Translations under genes and position numbers: made by a program
Part shown: positions 22,494-31,152 of the stretch, piece by piece
How positions within the stretch are numbered: position 1 is the stretch's first letter
Layout: each line of letters begins with the position of its first letter
From: Candidatus Saccharimonadota bacterium
GTDB lineage: Bacteria > Patescibacteriota > Saccharimonadia > Saccharimonadales > Saccharimonadaceae
Direction of reading: 5' to 3'
Length of the DNA: 32,000 nt
Assembly (NCBI RefSeq): GCF_025273655.1
Contig: NZ_CP045921.1
Coordinates: 30,001 to 62,000, forward strand
Notes under the pieces: model-generated
The model's input: the letters and a program-made list of their open reading frames with translations, nothing else
Told to the model about the DNA's origin: nothing
Database searches by the model: none

Positions 22494-22820
22494 ATGCAGT
22501 ACATCACACAACCTATTCTTGGACTTCTCGCACTCAGCACACTACTGGGAGTTTGCGTGCATGACATGCATATCGACAAAGCCATGGTACACGCCATCTC
22601 TCAGGCACATGCTGGCGATAGTGGTAACAGTAGTGATGGCGGCAAGGTGTCGGTGAGTTCTAATGCTCATACGCATAGCGAGAAGGTGTCATATAGCAAT
22701 CACGCCCGTGCTGCGACAGCTCGTGACCCACGCCAAGACAAGGCTAAGCACCATAGTCAATCCGACTACTATCGTTTACCCGGCGGCTCGGATATCGATC
22801 ACACGCTCGTACTAGCGTAG
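22494..22820 (+). CDS. Hypothetical small secreted His/Ser-rich protein
   Basis: 108 aa. Signal-like N-terminus ILGLLALSTLLGVCV. No family recognised. The 3' end overlaps the valS 3' end by 9 nt. Confidence 0.4.
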   Translation: MQYITQPILGLLALSTLLGVCVHDMHIDKAMVHAISQAHAGDSGNSSDGGKVSVSSNAHTHSEKVSYSNHARAATARDPRQDKAKHHSQSDYYRLPGGSDIDHTLVLA

Positions 22821-25361
22821 TACGTCGAGTTCTTCCTGGAGCCGTACGATGAGTATGGCGGTCGCTTCGATTTCGTGTTTAGTTTCTTCTACCAAATGTG
22901 CCGGTGCTTTGGCGACGTAGTTTTCGTTGGCGAGGCGGGCTTCGAGCGCGGCAGCTTTCTGGCGTGTCTCGGCTAGGCGCACTTCCAGGTTTGTCTGGTG
23001 CTCGTACAGGGTGTCGGCATCGATATCCAGCCAGGCCTCGCGACCAGAACTTGCCAGGCGCAGTCCCCTGGCTTGGTCGACATGGGCTACATCGCTCACA
23101 CGCGATAGCTGTTTGATCAAGGCGGCGTTTTCTTCTACGAGTGTGTCTTGCTGGAATAGGAGTGGATAACGCTTGTTGCCGGGGAGCTCACTCATCACAT
23201 AGCGGGCTTCAGACACCAGTGCTTGTACTCGAGTGAATTCACCTGCAGCAATCTCGTCGTGGTCGATCGCCTCTGGCCAATGTTCGAGTATGAGGACGCT
23301 GTCGGTCCACGGGAGCGTCTGCCAGACGGTCTCGGTCACAAATGGTGCAAATGGATGTGCGATACGCAGCGATGTCTCGAGTACCCATGCCAAGAGGTCT
23401 GGGTTGGTGTCGGCTTTGCTAGCTTCGACATACCAGTCGGCTACGCTATCCCAGATGGTGTGGTAGACGGTTTCGCCTGCGTCGGCGAAGCGGTAGCCGG
23501 CAATTTGCTGATCTATCTCGGTACTAGCCTGGAGTAGTTCGGCGACGATCCAGTGGTCGGCTAAGCTCTTCGGCGCCGGTGCACCAGGTGTGTAGTCTTC
23601 GCCTAGACGATCGAGTATGAAGCGAGAGATATTCCAGAGTTTATTGCAGAAATTGCGTCCCGCCAGTACTTTGCTAGTAGAAAACGCTTGGTTCTGCCCT
23701 GCCCCGCGACTAGAGATGAGCCCTAGGCGGAGTGCGTCGGAGCCGTATTTGGCAAGTGTTTCCATGGGGTTGACGACGTTGCCTTTGCTTTTGCTCATTT
23801 TTTGCCCATGTTCGTCGAGCACGAGGCCGTGGAGGTATACATCGCGAAACGGTACCTTGTCGGTAGCATAGAGACCGAGCATGATCATACGAGCGACCCA
23901 CTGGTAGAGGATATCGTGGCCTGTTTCGAGTACAGAGGTAGGGTAGTATTTAGCAAGTTCCCCACCGTCTAGGTAATCGGTAGTGATGAACGGCCACTGA
24001 CCGGAGCTAAACCATGTGTCGAAGGTATCTTCTTCTCTGGTATATGTTGTGCCATTTACTACGATTTCTTTTTCTTCGACCCGCTCGTCAAAGATCCAGT
24101 CCTCGGGATCATTGATGTTTACAAAAGCCGGAATAGGGATACCCCAGGGGATTTGGCGCGAGATGTTCCAGTCCTTGAGATTCTTGTAGTATTGCAGCAC
24201 GGCGGATTTGCGTGTCTCTGGATAAAATGTAATCTCCCCTGCCTCGATGGTAGTCACAGCCTTCTCTACGAGTGGCTTGACGTTGACGAACCACTGCTCT
24301 TTGATGAGCGGCTGGATGGGTAGGCCACTTTTGTAGTCGTAGCCTACGGAGTGTTCGATTGTCTCTTCGCCACGACGGAGCTCTTGGGCTTCTAGGGCTG
24401 CGAGTACGCGTTTACGGGCTTCGTCTACCTCAAGCCCGGCATAGTTGCCGGCGGCGGCTGTCATCTTGCCGTCAAAACCGATGACCTGAATGCGCTCGAG
24501 ATCGTGGCGATTACCCATCTCGAAGTCGTTGGGGTCGTGGGCTGGAGTGATTTTCACCACGCCAGTGCCATATGCAGGATCTACGTAGTCGTCGGCGATG
24601 ACGGGTATTTCACGATCTGTCAGCGGTAGCTGTACCTTGCTGCCGATGAGATGTTTGTAGCGTTCGTCGTCTGGATGTACTGCTACGGCGGTATCGCCGA
24701 GCAATGTCTCCGGGCGGGTTGTCGCCACGACTAGCTCCCCTACCTTGTCGATCAGCGGGTAGGCGATCTTCCAGAGCGTACCCTTTTCTGTCTTGTGGTC
24801 GACCTCGATATCGGCGTAGCTGGTCTGGTATTTGGTGCTGTAGTTGACGATACGCTCACCTCTGTAGATTAGGCCTTCATCCCACATCTTCTTGAATGTT
24901 TTGTAGACGGTGTCGATGACCTTTTTGTCGAGAGTAAACGTGAGATTGCTCCAGTCGGCACTGGCGCCAAGAGCGCGGAGTTGTAGCTCCATGTTGCCGC
25001 GCTGCTCATCGACGAAGTTCCAGACCTGACTATAGAGCTGTTCCCTACTGAAATCGAAGCGACTCTGCCCTTTCTCGCGCAGGATGCGTTCGTAGACTAC
25101 CCATGTCTCGAAGCCGGCATGGTCTGCTCCAGGCAGATACACCGTATCATAGCCTTTCATACGGTGATAGCGGATCAGGATATCTTCTACCTCTACCATG
25201 AGCGCGTGACCGACATGCAGGTTGCCGTTGGCATTTGGCGGGGGCATGACGATACTATAGGGTTCGCCTGTGCCTCGAGGTGAAAAAGCGCCAGAGGTCT
25301 CCCACATGGCGTAAATATTTGGTTCGTACTGATCCGGTTCGTATGTTTTGGCTAGCTGCAT
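22812..25361 (-). CDS. valS: Valine--tRNA ligase
   Basis: 849 aa. HIGH motif PPPNANGNLHVGHAL, KMSKS motif KMSKSKGN, and a C-terminal coiled coil. Confidence 0.97.
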   Translation of the reverse strand: MQLAKTYEPDQYEPNIYAMWETSGAFSPRGTGEPYSIVMPPPNANGNLHVGHALMVEVEDILIRYHRMKGYDTVYLPGADHAGFETWVVYERILREKGQSRFDFSREQLYSQVWNFVDEQRGNMELQLRALGASADWSNLTFTLDKKVIDTVYKTFKKMWDEGLIYRGERIVNYSTKYQTSYADIEVDHKTEKGTLWKIAYPLIDKVGELVVATTRPETLLGDTAVAVHPDDERYKHLIGSKVQLPLTDREIPVIADDYVDPAYGTGVVKITPAHDPNDFEMGNRHDLERIQVIGFDGKMTAAAGNYAGLEVDEARKRVLAALEAQELRRGEETIEHSVGYDYKSGLPIQPLIKEQWFVNVKPLVEKAVTTIEAGEITFYPETRKSAVLQYYKNLKDWNISRQIPWGIPIPAFVNINDPEDWIFDERVEEKEIVVNGTTYTREEDTFDTWFSSGQWPFITTDYLDGGELAKYYPTSVLETGHDILYQWVARMIMLGLYATDKVPFRDVYLHGLVLDEHGQKMSKSKGNVVNPMETLAKYGSDALRLGLISSRGAGQNQAFSTSKVLAGRNFCNKLWNISRFILDRLGEDYTPGAPAPKSLADHWIVAELLQASTEIDQQIAGYRFADAGETVYHTIWDSVADWYVEASKADTNPDLLAWVLETSLRIAHPFAPFVTETVWQTLPWTDSVLILEHWPEAIDHDEIAAGEFTRVQALVSEARYVMSELPGNKRYPLLFQQDTLVEENAALIKQLSRVSDVAHVDQARGLRLASSGREAWLDIDADTLYEHQTNLEVRLAETRQKAAALEARLANENYVAKAPAHLVEETKHEIEATAILIVRLQEELDVLR

Positions 25362-25477
25362 GAAGGTCCCGTGGTTTCACATGAAATGCGGCAACACCCA
25401 ATAGCTCACGTGTCAAATATCGTGAATATGCCTACCCAGGTTTGCCACATGTTTGTTTCTGTATTCAGTATAGCACA

Positions 25478-26419
25478 CTACGAGATAGTGCGTTTGATAT
25501 AGCGCGCAGCGCGGTAAGCCCGGTGGGTGAGTGGACGTACTGGGTATTCGTATGTCTCAGATAGGTCATAGAGCTCGCCACCGAACGAGCGCTTGAATTT
25601 GGTGAAGCCGGCCCATTTGTGCTCGGGGTCTTCACTGTCGGTCACACCGTAGAGGTCGCAAATAGATTTGCCATGTTCATGTGTATCGACGATGATAGCA
25701 GCGAGCAGGGCTGTAGAGGCACCTAGTTTGCGATGCTCGTGGCTAGCTGCAGCATGGGCGTAGTAGTGGGTGTGTTCATCTTCATATACTAGGGCTGCGG
25801 CGATTGTCTCTCCTTCGTATGTCATGAAGTGGAGCGAGGCGGCACCGAGAGGGAGTAGGGTAGTAGCCTGTTGTTCGAAGTAACTATCTGGATGCACAGT
25901 AATTTGATTGTGCGCGGCCACTCCATGGAGCAAGGTAGTGAGGCGCGTGATGTCGGCAGGATCAGTGCTGCGCTCATAGGTCATACCTTTTTTCTTGTAG
26001 GTTCGATAGAGATTGCGGTTGTTTTGCTTCATATCGGCCACGATCTCGTCTGTAGGCCGCGTAGTGTCGATGTGCCAGGTGTGGGCAGGCTGCGAATACG
26101 CGGTACGGTTGGCGCCCAGATGTTTCATATCGGTAGGGGTGAAGACGGTGCCAAGCGGCTGGATACGGACATAGGCGGCTTTTTGGCTGCGGGCGAGGGC
26201 TCTCAGTGACGCCAGTGCCGTGCGGAGTGCTCGGTGGTTGGTAGCAGTAGGACCGTAAGGGCAGTACAAGCGACTCAAGCCGAAGCGAGCGGGCTCCAGA
26301 ATAGCGCGGTATTCCCAGTTGTCACCACTACGGTGAAATACGGTGCGCCCCTGCGCTTCCTGAAACGCCTGCCATGCGGCAGATTGCAGAAAGTGGATAG
26401 ATGGAACGTTGTGACTCAT
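25478..26419 (-). CDS. FemAB-family peptidoglycan interpeptide-bridge aminoacyltransferase (FemX-like)
   Basis: HFLQSAAWQAFQEAQG at the N-terminus. C-terminal WAGFTKFKRSFGGELYDLSETYEYP, typical of the FemAB family. Confidence 0.7.
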   Translation of the reverse strand: MSHNVPSIHFLQSAAWQAFQEAQGRTVFHRSGDNWEYRAILEPARFGLSRLYCPYGPTATNHRALRTALASLRALARSQKAAYVRIQPLGTVFTPTDMKHLGANRTAYSQPAHTWHIDTTRPTDEIVADMKQNNRNLYRTYKKKGMTYERSTDPADITRLTTLLHGVAAHNQITVHPDSYFEQQATTLLPLGAASLHFMTYEGETIAAALVYEDEHTHYYAHAAASHEHRKLGASTALLAAIIVDTHEHGKSICDLYGVTDSEDPEHKWAGFTKFKRSFGGELYDLSETYEYPVRPLTHRAYRAARYIKRTIS

Positions 26420-27495
26420 ACAACATTCTCCTGTACCATCGACAAGCTTGGACGGATTTCGAGGGCAAACGGTGATGTGGGCTCGACGCGCTTGGATTGG
26501 TAATAGCCTAGGGTGGCGATCATGGCGGCGTTGTCGGTACAGAGCTGGATAGGAGCGTATTCAATATCGAGAGGCAAGGCGGCCGAGAGTTGACGGCGCA
26601 GTTCTTGGTTGGCAGCCACACCACCGGCGATTACGACAGAGGCGGGCTGGTATTCATCGTAGGCTCGGCGTGCTTTGTCCACGAGGGTTTCGATAGCGAT
26701 ATGCTGGAAGCTAGCGGCAAAATCATGCCGCATTTGCTCATCTACGCGCACTGGGAGCTCGTGAGAGGGAAAAGTGAAGTCTACACCCACTTCGCGCTGT
26801 AGACGGCGTAGGACGGCTGTTTTGAGGCCAGAAAAGCTGAAATCATACATACCAGCCAGTTTGGCTTTCGGGAAATCATATTTGTGTGCGTCACCTTGCT
26901 CGGCAGCACGGGAGATAGACGGCCCACCCGGGTAGGGGAGTCCCAGCATTTTGGCAACTTTGTCGAACGCTTCGCCTATAGCATCGTCCTGCGTCTGGCC
27001 GAGTAGTGTGTAGTCGCCATGATCGCGAAACAGCACGAGTTGAGAGTGACCGCCACTGACGATAAGCGCCAACATAGGGAAAGTAGGCTGCTTGGTTGGG
27101 AGCGTGAGGTTGAGCGAATCTGCTTGCTGAGTGATGAAGTTGGCATATACATGCGCCTCCACGTGATGGATAGGGTAGAGCGGCTTGTTGTGCAGATATG
27201 CCAGTGTTTTGGCGGCGAGTGTGCCGATGAGGAGCGAGCCAGATAGTCCGGGGGCATAGGTAACGGCGATCGCGTCGATATTATCCCAAGTTACGTCTGC
27301 GTCGCTCAACGCTTTGTTGACGACGGGCATAACAACCTCTAGATGACTACGGGCGGCTACTTCTGGCACGACACCTCCGTACTGTGAGTGGATATCTATC
27401 TGAGAATTCACGACATTACTGCAGAGTCGCGTACCGTCTTGTACCACGGCAGCGGCAGTTTCGTCACAACTACTCTCGATTCCCAAAATCAGCAT
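26416..27495 (-). CDS. tsaD: tRNA N6-adenosine threonylcarbamoyltransferase TsaD
   Basis: MLILGIESSCDETAAAVV, HHVEAHVYA, VSGGHSQL and VIAGGVAANQELR. 4-nt overlap with the downstream FemAB-family gene. Confidence 0.95.
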   Translation of the reverse strand: MLILGIESSCDETAAAVVQDGTRLCSNVVNSQIDIHSQYGGVVPEVAARSHLEVVMPVVNKALSDADVTWDNIDAIAVTYAPGLSGSLLIGTLAAKTLAYLHNKPLYPIHHVEAHVYANFITQQADSLNLTLPTKQPTFPMLALIVSGGHSQLVLFRDHGDYTLLGQTQDDAIGEAFDKVAKMLGLPYPGGPSISRAAEQGDAHKYDFPKAKLAGMYDFSFSGLKTAVLRRLQREVGVDFTFPSHELPVRVDEQMRHDFAASFQHIAIETLVDKARRAYDEYQPASVVIAGGVAANQELRRQLSAALPLDIEYAPIQLCTDNAAMIATLGYYQSKRVEPTSPFALEIRPSLSMVQENVV

Positions 27496-27701
27496 GTGTC
27501 ACTAGTGTAACATACGTATTTGCTGTGAAGAATCTGGCGATGAGCCCAACAATAAACCCTATAGTATCAGTTGAGACAATAGGGACATAGAGTCATTTGT
27601 CGCTACGAATGATTTGCCATGGCTGTTTCATGTCTTTAGTACATCTGGAAGATTAATGTCAGATGGCCCTCGGCCCTACGTTTGGTGGTAAAATAGATGG
27701 T

Positions 27702-28988
27702 ATGAAAGACAAACTTGTCCATGGGGTTCGAAAAGCGTTGCCGGCGCGTTCGGTGACCAAGCTCGAAGAGGGGTATCGCAAAGCGCGTGTGCGAGCGGTG
27801 AACGCACGCTACGGTTACCCAGCGCGAGGGCTCAAGGTGATTGCTGTGACTGGCACCAACGGCAAGACGACAACGATCAATTACATCAATTCGATTTTGA
27901 AGGCCGCCGACTACAAAACAGCTATGTTTAGTACCGCGCTTATTGAGATAGCAGGGCAGGAGCGAGCAAACGACCTCAACCGCACCGTACCGCTGACAAA
28001 CCAGCTGTACGAGTTCTTCGCTGAGGCAAAAAAGGCCAAGGTAGACTACGTGGTACTGGAGATCACTAGCCATGCGTTGCAGCAGCACAAACTCGACGGT
28101 GTGCCGATCGAAGCCGCTATCATGACCAATCTCACACAGGACCATCTAGATTATCACAAGACGATGGAGAACTACGCGGCAGCCAAAGCAATTTTGTTTA
28201 GAAACTCTCCACGCTATATCGTGCTCAATCACGACGACAAATGGTTCGACTACTACGACAAGTTTGAAGCTGGCGAGCAAAAGATGACATATGGTGAAAA
28301 CGAGGCCGCCGAAGCACACATTACCCGTACCAAGCTCTACAAGAAGGGGAGTGAAGCCGATGTGGTGTTTGACCACCAAACCAAGCTGGAGTTGGCGACA
28401 CATCTTCCGGGCAAGTTCAATATCAGCAATATGACGGCCGCAGCTACCATTGCCTACCTGCTAGGAGTGAGTGTGGATAAGATTGTAGAAGGCGTGGCCG
28501 ATCTCGAAGCGGTACCAGGTCGATTTGAACATGTCGATGTGGGCGACAAGGGTTACGAGGTAGTGGTGGACTACGCACACACCCCAGATGCCATCGAGAA
28601 GCTACTTGAAGCGGCGCGTTCGGTGACGAAGAACCGCGTCATATTGGTCTTCGGAGCAACAGGTGACCGCGACAAAGGCAAGCGTCCTATCATGGGTGAG
28701 ATTGCCGCTAGGTTAGCCGACCGTATCGTCGTGACAGACGAAGAGAGCTACAACGAAGAGCCGAGCGGCATCCGCGCGGCGGTGATCCAGGGTGTCGAGA
28801 GTGCGGGCGGTAGCGGCAAGCTGACCGAGATTCCCGATCGGCGCGAAGCCATCGAGAAAGCGCTGTCTATCGCGACAAAGGGTGATATGATACTCATCAC
28901 TGGTATGGGGCATGAGCAGTACCGTATCATAAACGGCAAGCAGATTCCATGGAATGATGCGGCGGTGGTGAAAGAACTAACGTCATAA
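27702..28988 (+). CDS. murE: UDP-N-acetylmuramoyl-L-alanyl-D-glutamate--diamino acid ligase (MurE)
   Basis: VIAVTGTNGKTTT, LEITSHALQQHKLDG, MTNLTQDHLDYH and DYAHTPDA. The ATG at 27702 follows an extended -10 (TGgTAAAAT) by 7 nt. Confidence 0.85.
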   Translation: MKDKLVHGVRKALPARSVTKLEEGYRKARVRAVNARYGYPARGLKVIAVTGTNGKTTTINYINSILKAADYKTAMFSTALIEIAGQERANDLNRTVPLTNQLYEFFAEAKKAKVDYVVLEITSHALQQHKLDGVPIEAAIMTNLTQDHLDYHKTMENYAAAKAILFRNSPRYIVLNHDDKWFDYYDKFEAGEQKMTYGENEAAEAHITRTKLYKKGSEADVVFDHQTKLELATHLPGKFNISNMTAAATIAYLLGVSVDKIVEGVADLEAVPGRFEHVDVGDKGYEVVVDYAHTPDAIEKLLEAARSVTKNRVILVFGATGDRDKGKRPIMGEIAARLADRIVVTDEESYNEEPSGIRAAVIQGVESAGGSGKLTEIPDRREAIEKALSIATKGDMILITGMGHEQYRIINGKQIPWNDAAVVKELTS

Positions 28989-28993
28989 ATTGA

Positions 28994-29024
28994 ATGCGCC
29001 CCGCCGAAGCGGGGCCGAACGCAT
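28994..29024. terminator. GC-rich hairpin between convergent genes
   Basis: GCCCCGC-cgaa-GCGGGGC with an outer ATGC/GCAT extension. No clear U-tract. Confidence 0.45.
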
Positions 29025-29034
29025 CCAGTGAGAA

Positions 29035-29256
29035 TCACTTCCGGTGGAAGTCAACCTCGACATTGAAGTCGAAGCGAATTCCTTGCTTTTCGAGCCACTG
29101 CTTGACCGAGTCTGGGCCATAGTGCGTGTGTTCACGTCGTTGGCCTTCGAGGTCGGTGTAGCGAACAACCCAGTAGTTGGTGGAACGTGGACTGGCGTAT
29201 CGCCGGTCGACTCCACTTTCGTGTTGGACGTTGATACGACGTGTGAAAGCTGCCAT
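29035..29256 (-). CDS. Hypothetical 73-aa protein (second gene of a two-gene cassette)
   Basis: GAGGAG lies 5 nt upstream of the ATG. The gene starts 2 nt after the upstream stop. No family recognised. Confidence 0.45.
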   Translation of the reverse strand: MAAFTRRINVQHESGVDRRYASPRSTNYWVVRYTDLEGQRREHTHYGPDSVKQWLEKQGIRFDFNVEVDFHRK

Positions 29257-29258
29257 GC

Positions 29259-29552
29259 TTACTCCTCTGTTTGGGGTGGGCGCAGAGCCAGGGTTGGCTC
29301 TCCGCTTGTCGGTACTGCGACTTGTACACGACGTCCATCTTCGGTGACACCTAGGATGAGGTCGAGTGTGTTGTCGGCGGGTGTGTGGTCGGTGCTTCTG
29401 ATCCGAAACGAAACGCTTCGAGTTCCTTCTGCGCCTAACACGCTGATAACTGCCGGTCTCCGATTGTACAGAGCGCTCGCGATCTCCTCTCGGATTTCTG
29501 ATGGGCTCATCGTGACCAGTAAGTTCTCACCCGTATTGTCGGGGTAAGACAT
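29259..29552 (-). CDS. Hypothetical 97-aa protein (first gene of a two-gene cassette)
   Basis: The ATG at 29552 (MSYPDNTG) has AAAGGA 7 nt upstream. The longer ORF-track start at 29639 would run through the promoter/palindrome region. Confidence 0.45.
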   Translation of the reverse strand: MSYPDNTGENLLVTMSPSEIREEIASALYNRRPAVISVLGAEGTRSVSFRIRSTDHTPADNTLDLILGVTEDGRRVQVAVPTSGEPTLALRPPQTEE

Positions 29553-29597
29553 GAGTGATCCTTTTCTGTTGGAGGTTCTAGCGCTTATGATAACGCA

Positions 29598-29627
29598 TTT
29601 TGTAATGATAGCATAAATGTTACAAAA
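29598..29627 (-). promoter_or_regulatory. Operator-like inverted repeat TTTTGTAA-N14-TTACAAAA in the promoter region of the two-gene cassette
   Basis: Perfect 8-bp arms at 29598-29605 and 29620-29627. A second near-palindrome, GCGCTTATGATAACGC, lies at 29581-29596. Confidence 0.3.
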
Positions 29628-29670
29628 AAGCAATAGCACTATTATTTGAGTATATCTTTATAGCATGTAA

Positions 29671-30150
29671 TTATGTTGAGTTAGATTCAAATCTGTCGGC
29701 AAGCCGTTTTAGTGTCACCTGCATGCCACGTTCAAGATGCTCCTGTCTATTATGAGCTTCGGATATATTTTACATAAATATAACTGGTAGAATCTGCTTC
29801 GTATCCTTTCGCATAGATTCAGTCACAAGAGTGCCGCCCGTAACATCTTCAAACGTATAAAGCCAATGTGTTTCTGATGGCCAGTCAGTAAAGAAGCCGA
29901 ATGATTGGGCGGGAATATCCTCCGTAACAGTGCCGGTCATCGACCATCGGTACAGCGCCCCGATCCGATTCCGGCCCTTAAGTCGCTTGCCTTGCTCAAA
30001 CCAAAATGTCTTTTGATTTTCAGGACTGAGTTGCCCCATATTTTCAATGTTGCTAATGAACTCGTACAACTCTTGGCGGGGCGCCTTAATGACTAGTTGA
30101 ACGGTCGCCTGTAATGCGGGCCGAGCAGGTGCTGTTTTTGGGGATTCCAT
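29671..30150 (-). pseudogene. SRPBCC (START/polyketide-cyclase-like) family gene interrupted by a single in-frame TAA
   Basis: ORF 29770-30150 (MESPKT...KQILPVIFM) stops at TAA 29770-29772. The same frame continues NISEAHNRQEHLERGMQVTLKRLADRFESNST to TAA 29671-29673, which looks like the expected C-terminal helix. Confidence 0.55.
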
Positions 30151-30261
30151 ATGAAATAGTTTACCAAGAATCTTCTGGCTGTTATACGGGTGTATAATAG
30201 TATATGGAGCACAACTACCATGTGCACGTACCAGCAAACTTAGAGGGAAGGAGCGTTCCAG

Positions 30262-31098
30262 ATGGATGACACTCAGAGCAACAAGTATAATGGTATACAT
30301 CTTAATGTGGAGGATAGCGGCGGCGAAGGTCGGCCAATCATCCTCATTCACGGCTGGCCGCTGTCGGGCAAATCGTGGAATAAACAAGTCCCGGCCTTGC
30401 AGGAGGCTGGTTATAGGGTGATCACCTATGATCGTCGCGGATTTGGCGACAGTGACAAGCCGAGTGACGGATACGACTACGATACGTTTTCGGACGATCT
30501 GGCGGGTATTATCGACTCGCTTGGCCTCGAGGGTGTGTCACTCGTCGGATTTTCGATGGGCGGCGGCGAGGTGGCGCGGTATGTGTCTCGTCACGGCGAA
30601 GACAAGCTGCATAGCATTGTGTTTGCGGGTGCCGTTCCTCCGTATTTATTGAAGTCTGACGATAATCCCGACGGGCCGTTGACGCAGGAAAAAGCCGACT
30701 CCATGACCGAGCAAGCCAATTCGGATCTGGACGGGTTGCTCGATCAATTTACCAAAGATTTCTTTTCGCCGAATGCAGACGGTAACCTCTTGATACTGGA
30801 CGAGGAGCGTCAAGACGCGCTCGAACAGGCACGCAAAGCGGATCCGACGGCTGTTCGCGGGGCGATGAAGGCGTTTGCGACCACTGACTTTCGAGACGAC
30901 TTGACGACGGTGACGATTCCGACGCTCGTGATCCATGGTGATTCGGACGGAATCATTCCATTCGAAGGATCGGGCAAACGCACGCACGAAGCGATTGCCG
31001 GCAGCGATTTGTACGTCGTAGAAAACGGCCCGCACGGATTCAACACTACGCATCCGGACGAGTTCAATAAAGTGGTGATCGACTTTTTACAGAAATAG
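30262..31098 (+). CDS. Alpha/beta hydrolase (non-heme haloperoxidase/arylesterase-like)
   Basis: ILIHGWPLSGKSW, YDRRGFGDS, nucleophile elbow GFSMGG, and C-terminal HGDSD...GPHG. SD GGGAAGGAG upstream. Confidence 0.85.
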   Translation: MDDTQSNKYNGIHLNVEDSGGEGRPIILIHGWPLSGKSWNKQVPALQEAGYRVITYDRRGFGDSDKPSDGYDYDTFSDDLAGIIDSLGLEGVSLVGFSMGGGEVARYVSRHGEDKLHSIVFAGAVPPYLLKSDDNPDGPLTQEKADSMTEQANSDLDGLLDQFTKDFFSPNADGNLLILDEERQDALEQARKADPTAVRGAMKAFATTDFRDDLTTVTIPTLVIHGDSDGIIPFEGSGKRTHEAIAGSDLYVVENGPHGFNTTHPDEFNKVVIDFLQK

Positions 31099-31120
31099 CG
31101 CGGGTGAGTAGTAGCGCTTG

Positions 31121-31152
31121 AAAGAACGGGGTAATGATCGCCCCGTTCTTTT
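31121..31152. terminator. Bidirectional intrinsic terminator
   Basis: AAAGAACGGGG-taatgatcg-CCCCGTTCTTT, an 11-bp stem with A/T runs on both sides. Confidence 0.7.

Noticed and set aside
27636-28145. 169-aa minus-strand ORF, plus similar long antisense ORFs (985-1278, 3965-4372, 13128-13526, 16099-16587, 30646-31053, 21729-21941)
   Set aside because: Each lies antisense to a gene with clear family motifs (murE, hsp20, protease, RR1, reductase fusion, hydrolase, rlmH/ribozyme) and has an odd composition. I treat them as shadow ORFs.
29770-29772. Alternative genetic code or stop-codon reassignment as the explanation for the in-frame TAA
   Set aside because: TAA terminates many well-supported genes here, for example RR1, HK1 and apbE. 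TGA also acts as a stop (RR2 at 18188-18190). The standard bacterial code fits the whole window.
29770-30387. Long 205-aa version of the SRPBCC ORF, and likewise the long starts of the protease (3449) and the 126-aa ORF (29639)
   Set aside because: The N-terminal extensions are non-protein-like and run through promoter or palindrome regions. In the SRPBCC case the extension overlaps the divergent hydrolase gene start. Internal ATG/GTG starts with -10 or SD signals fit better.
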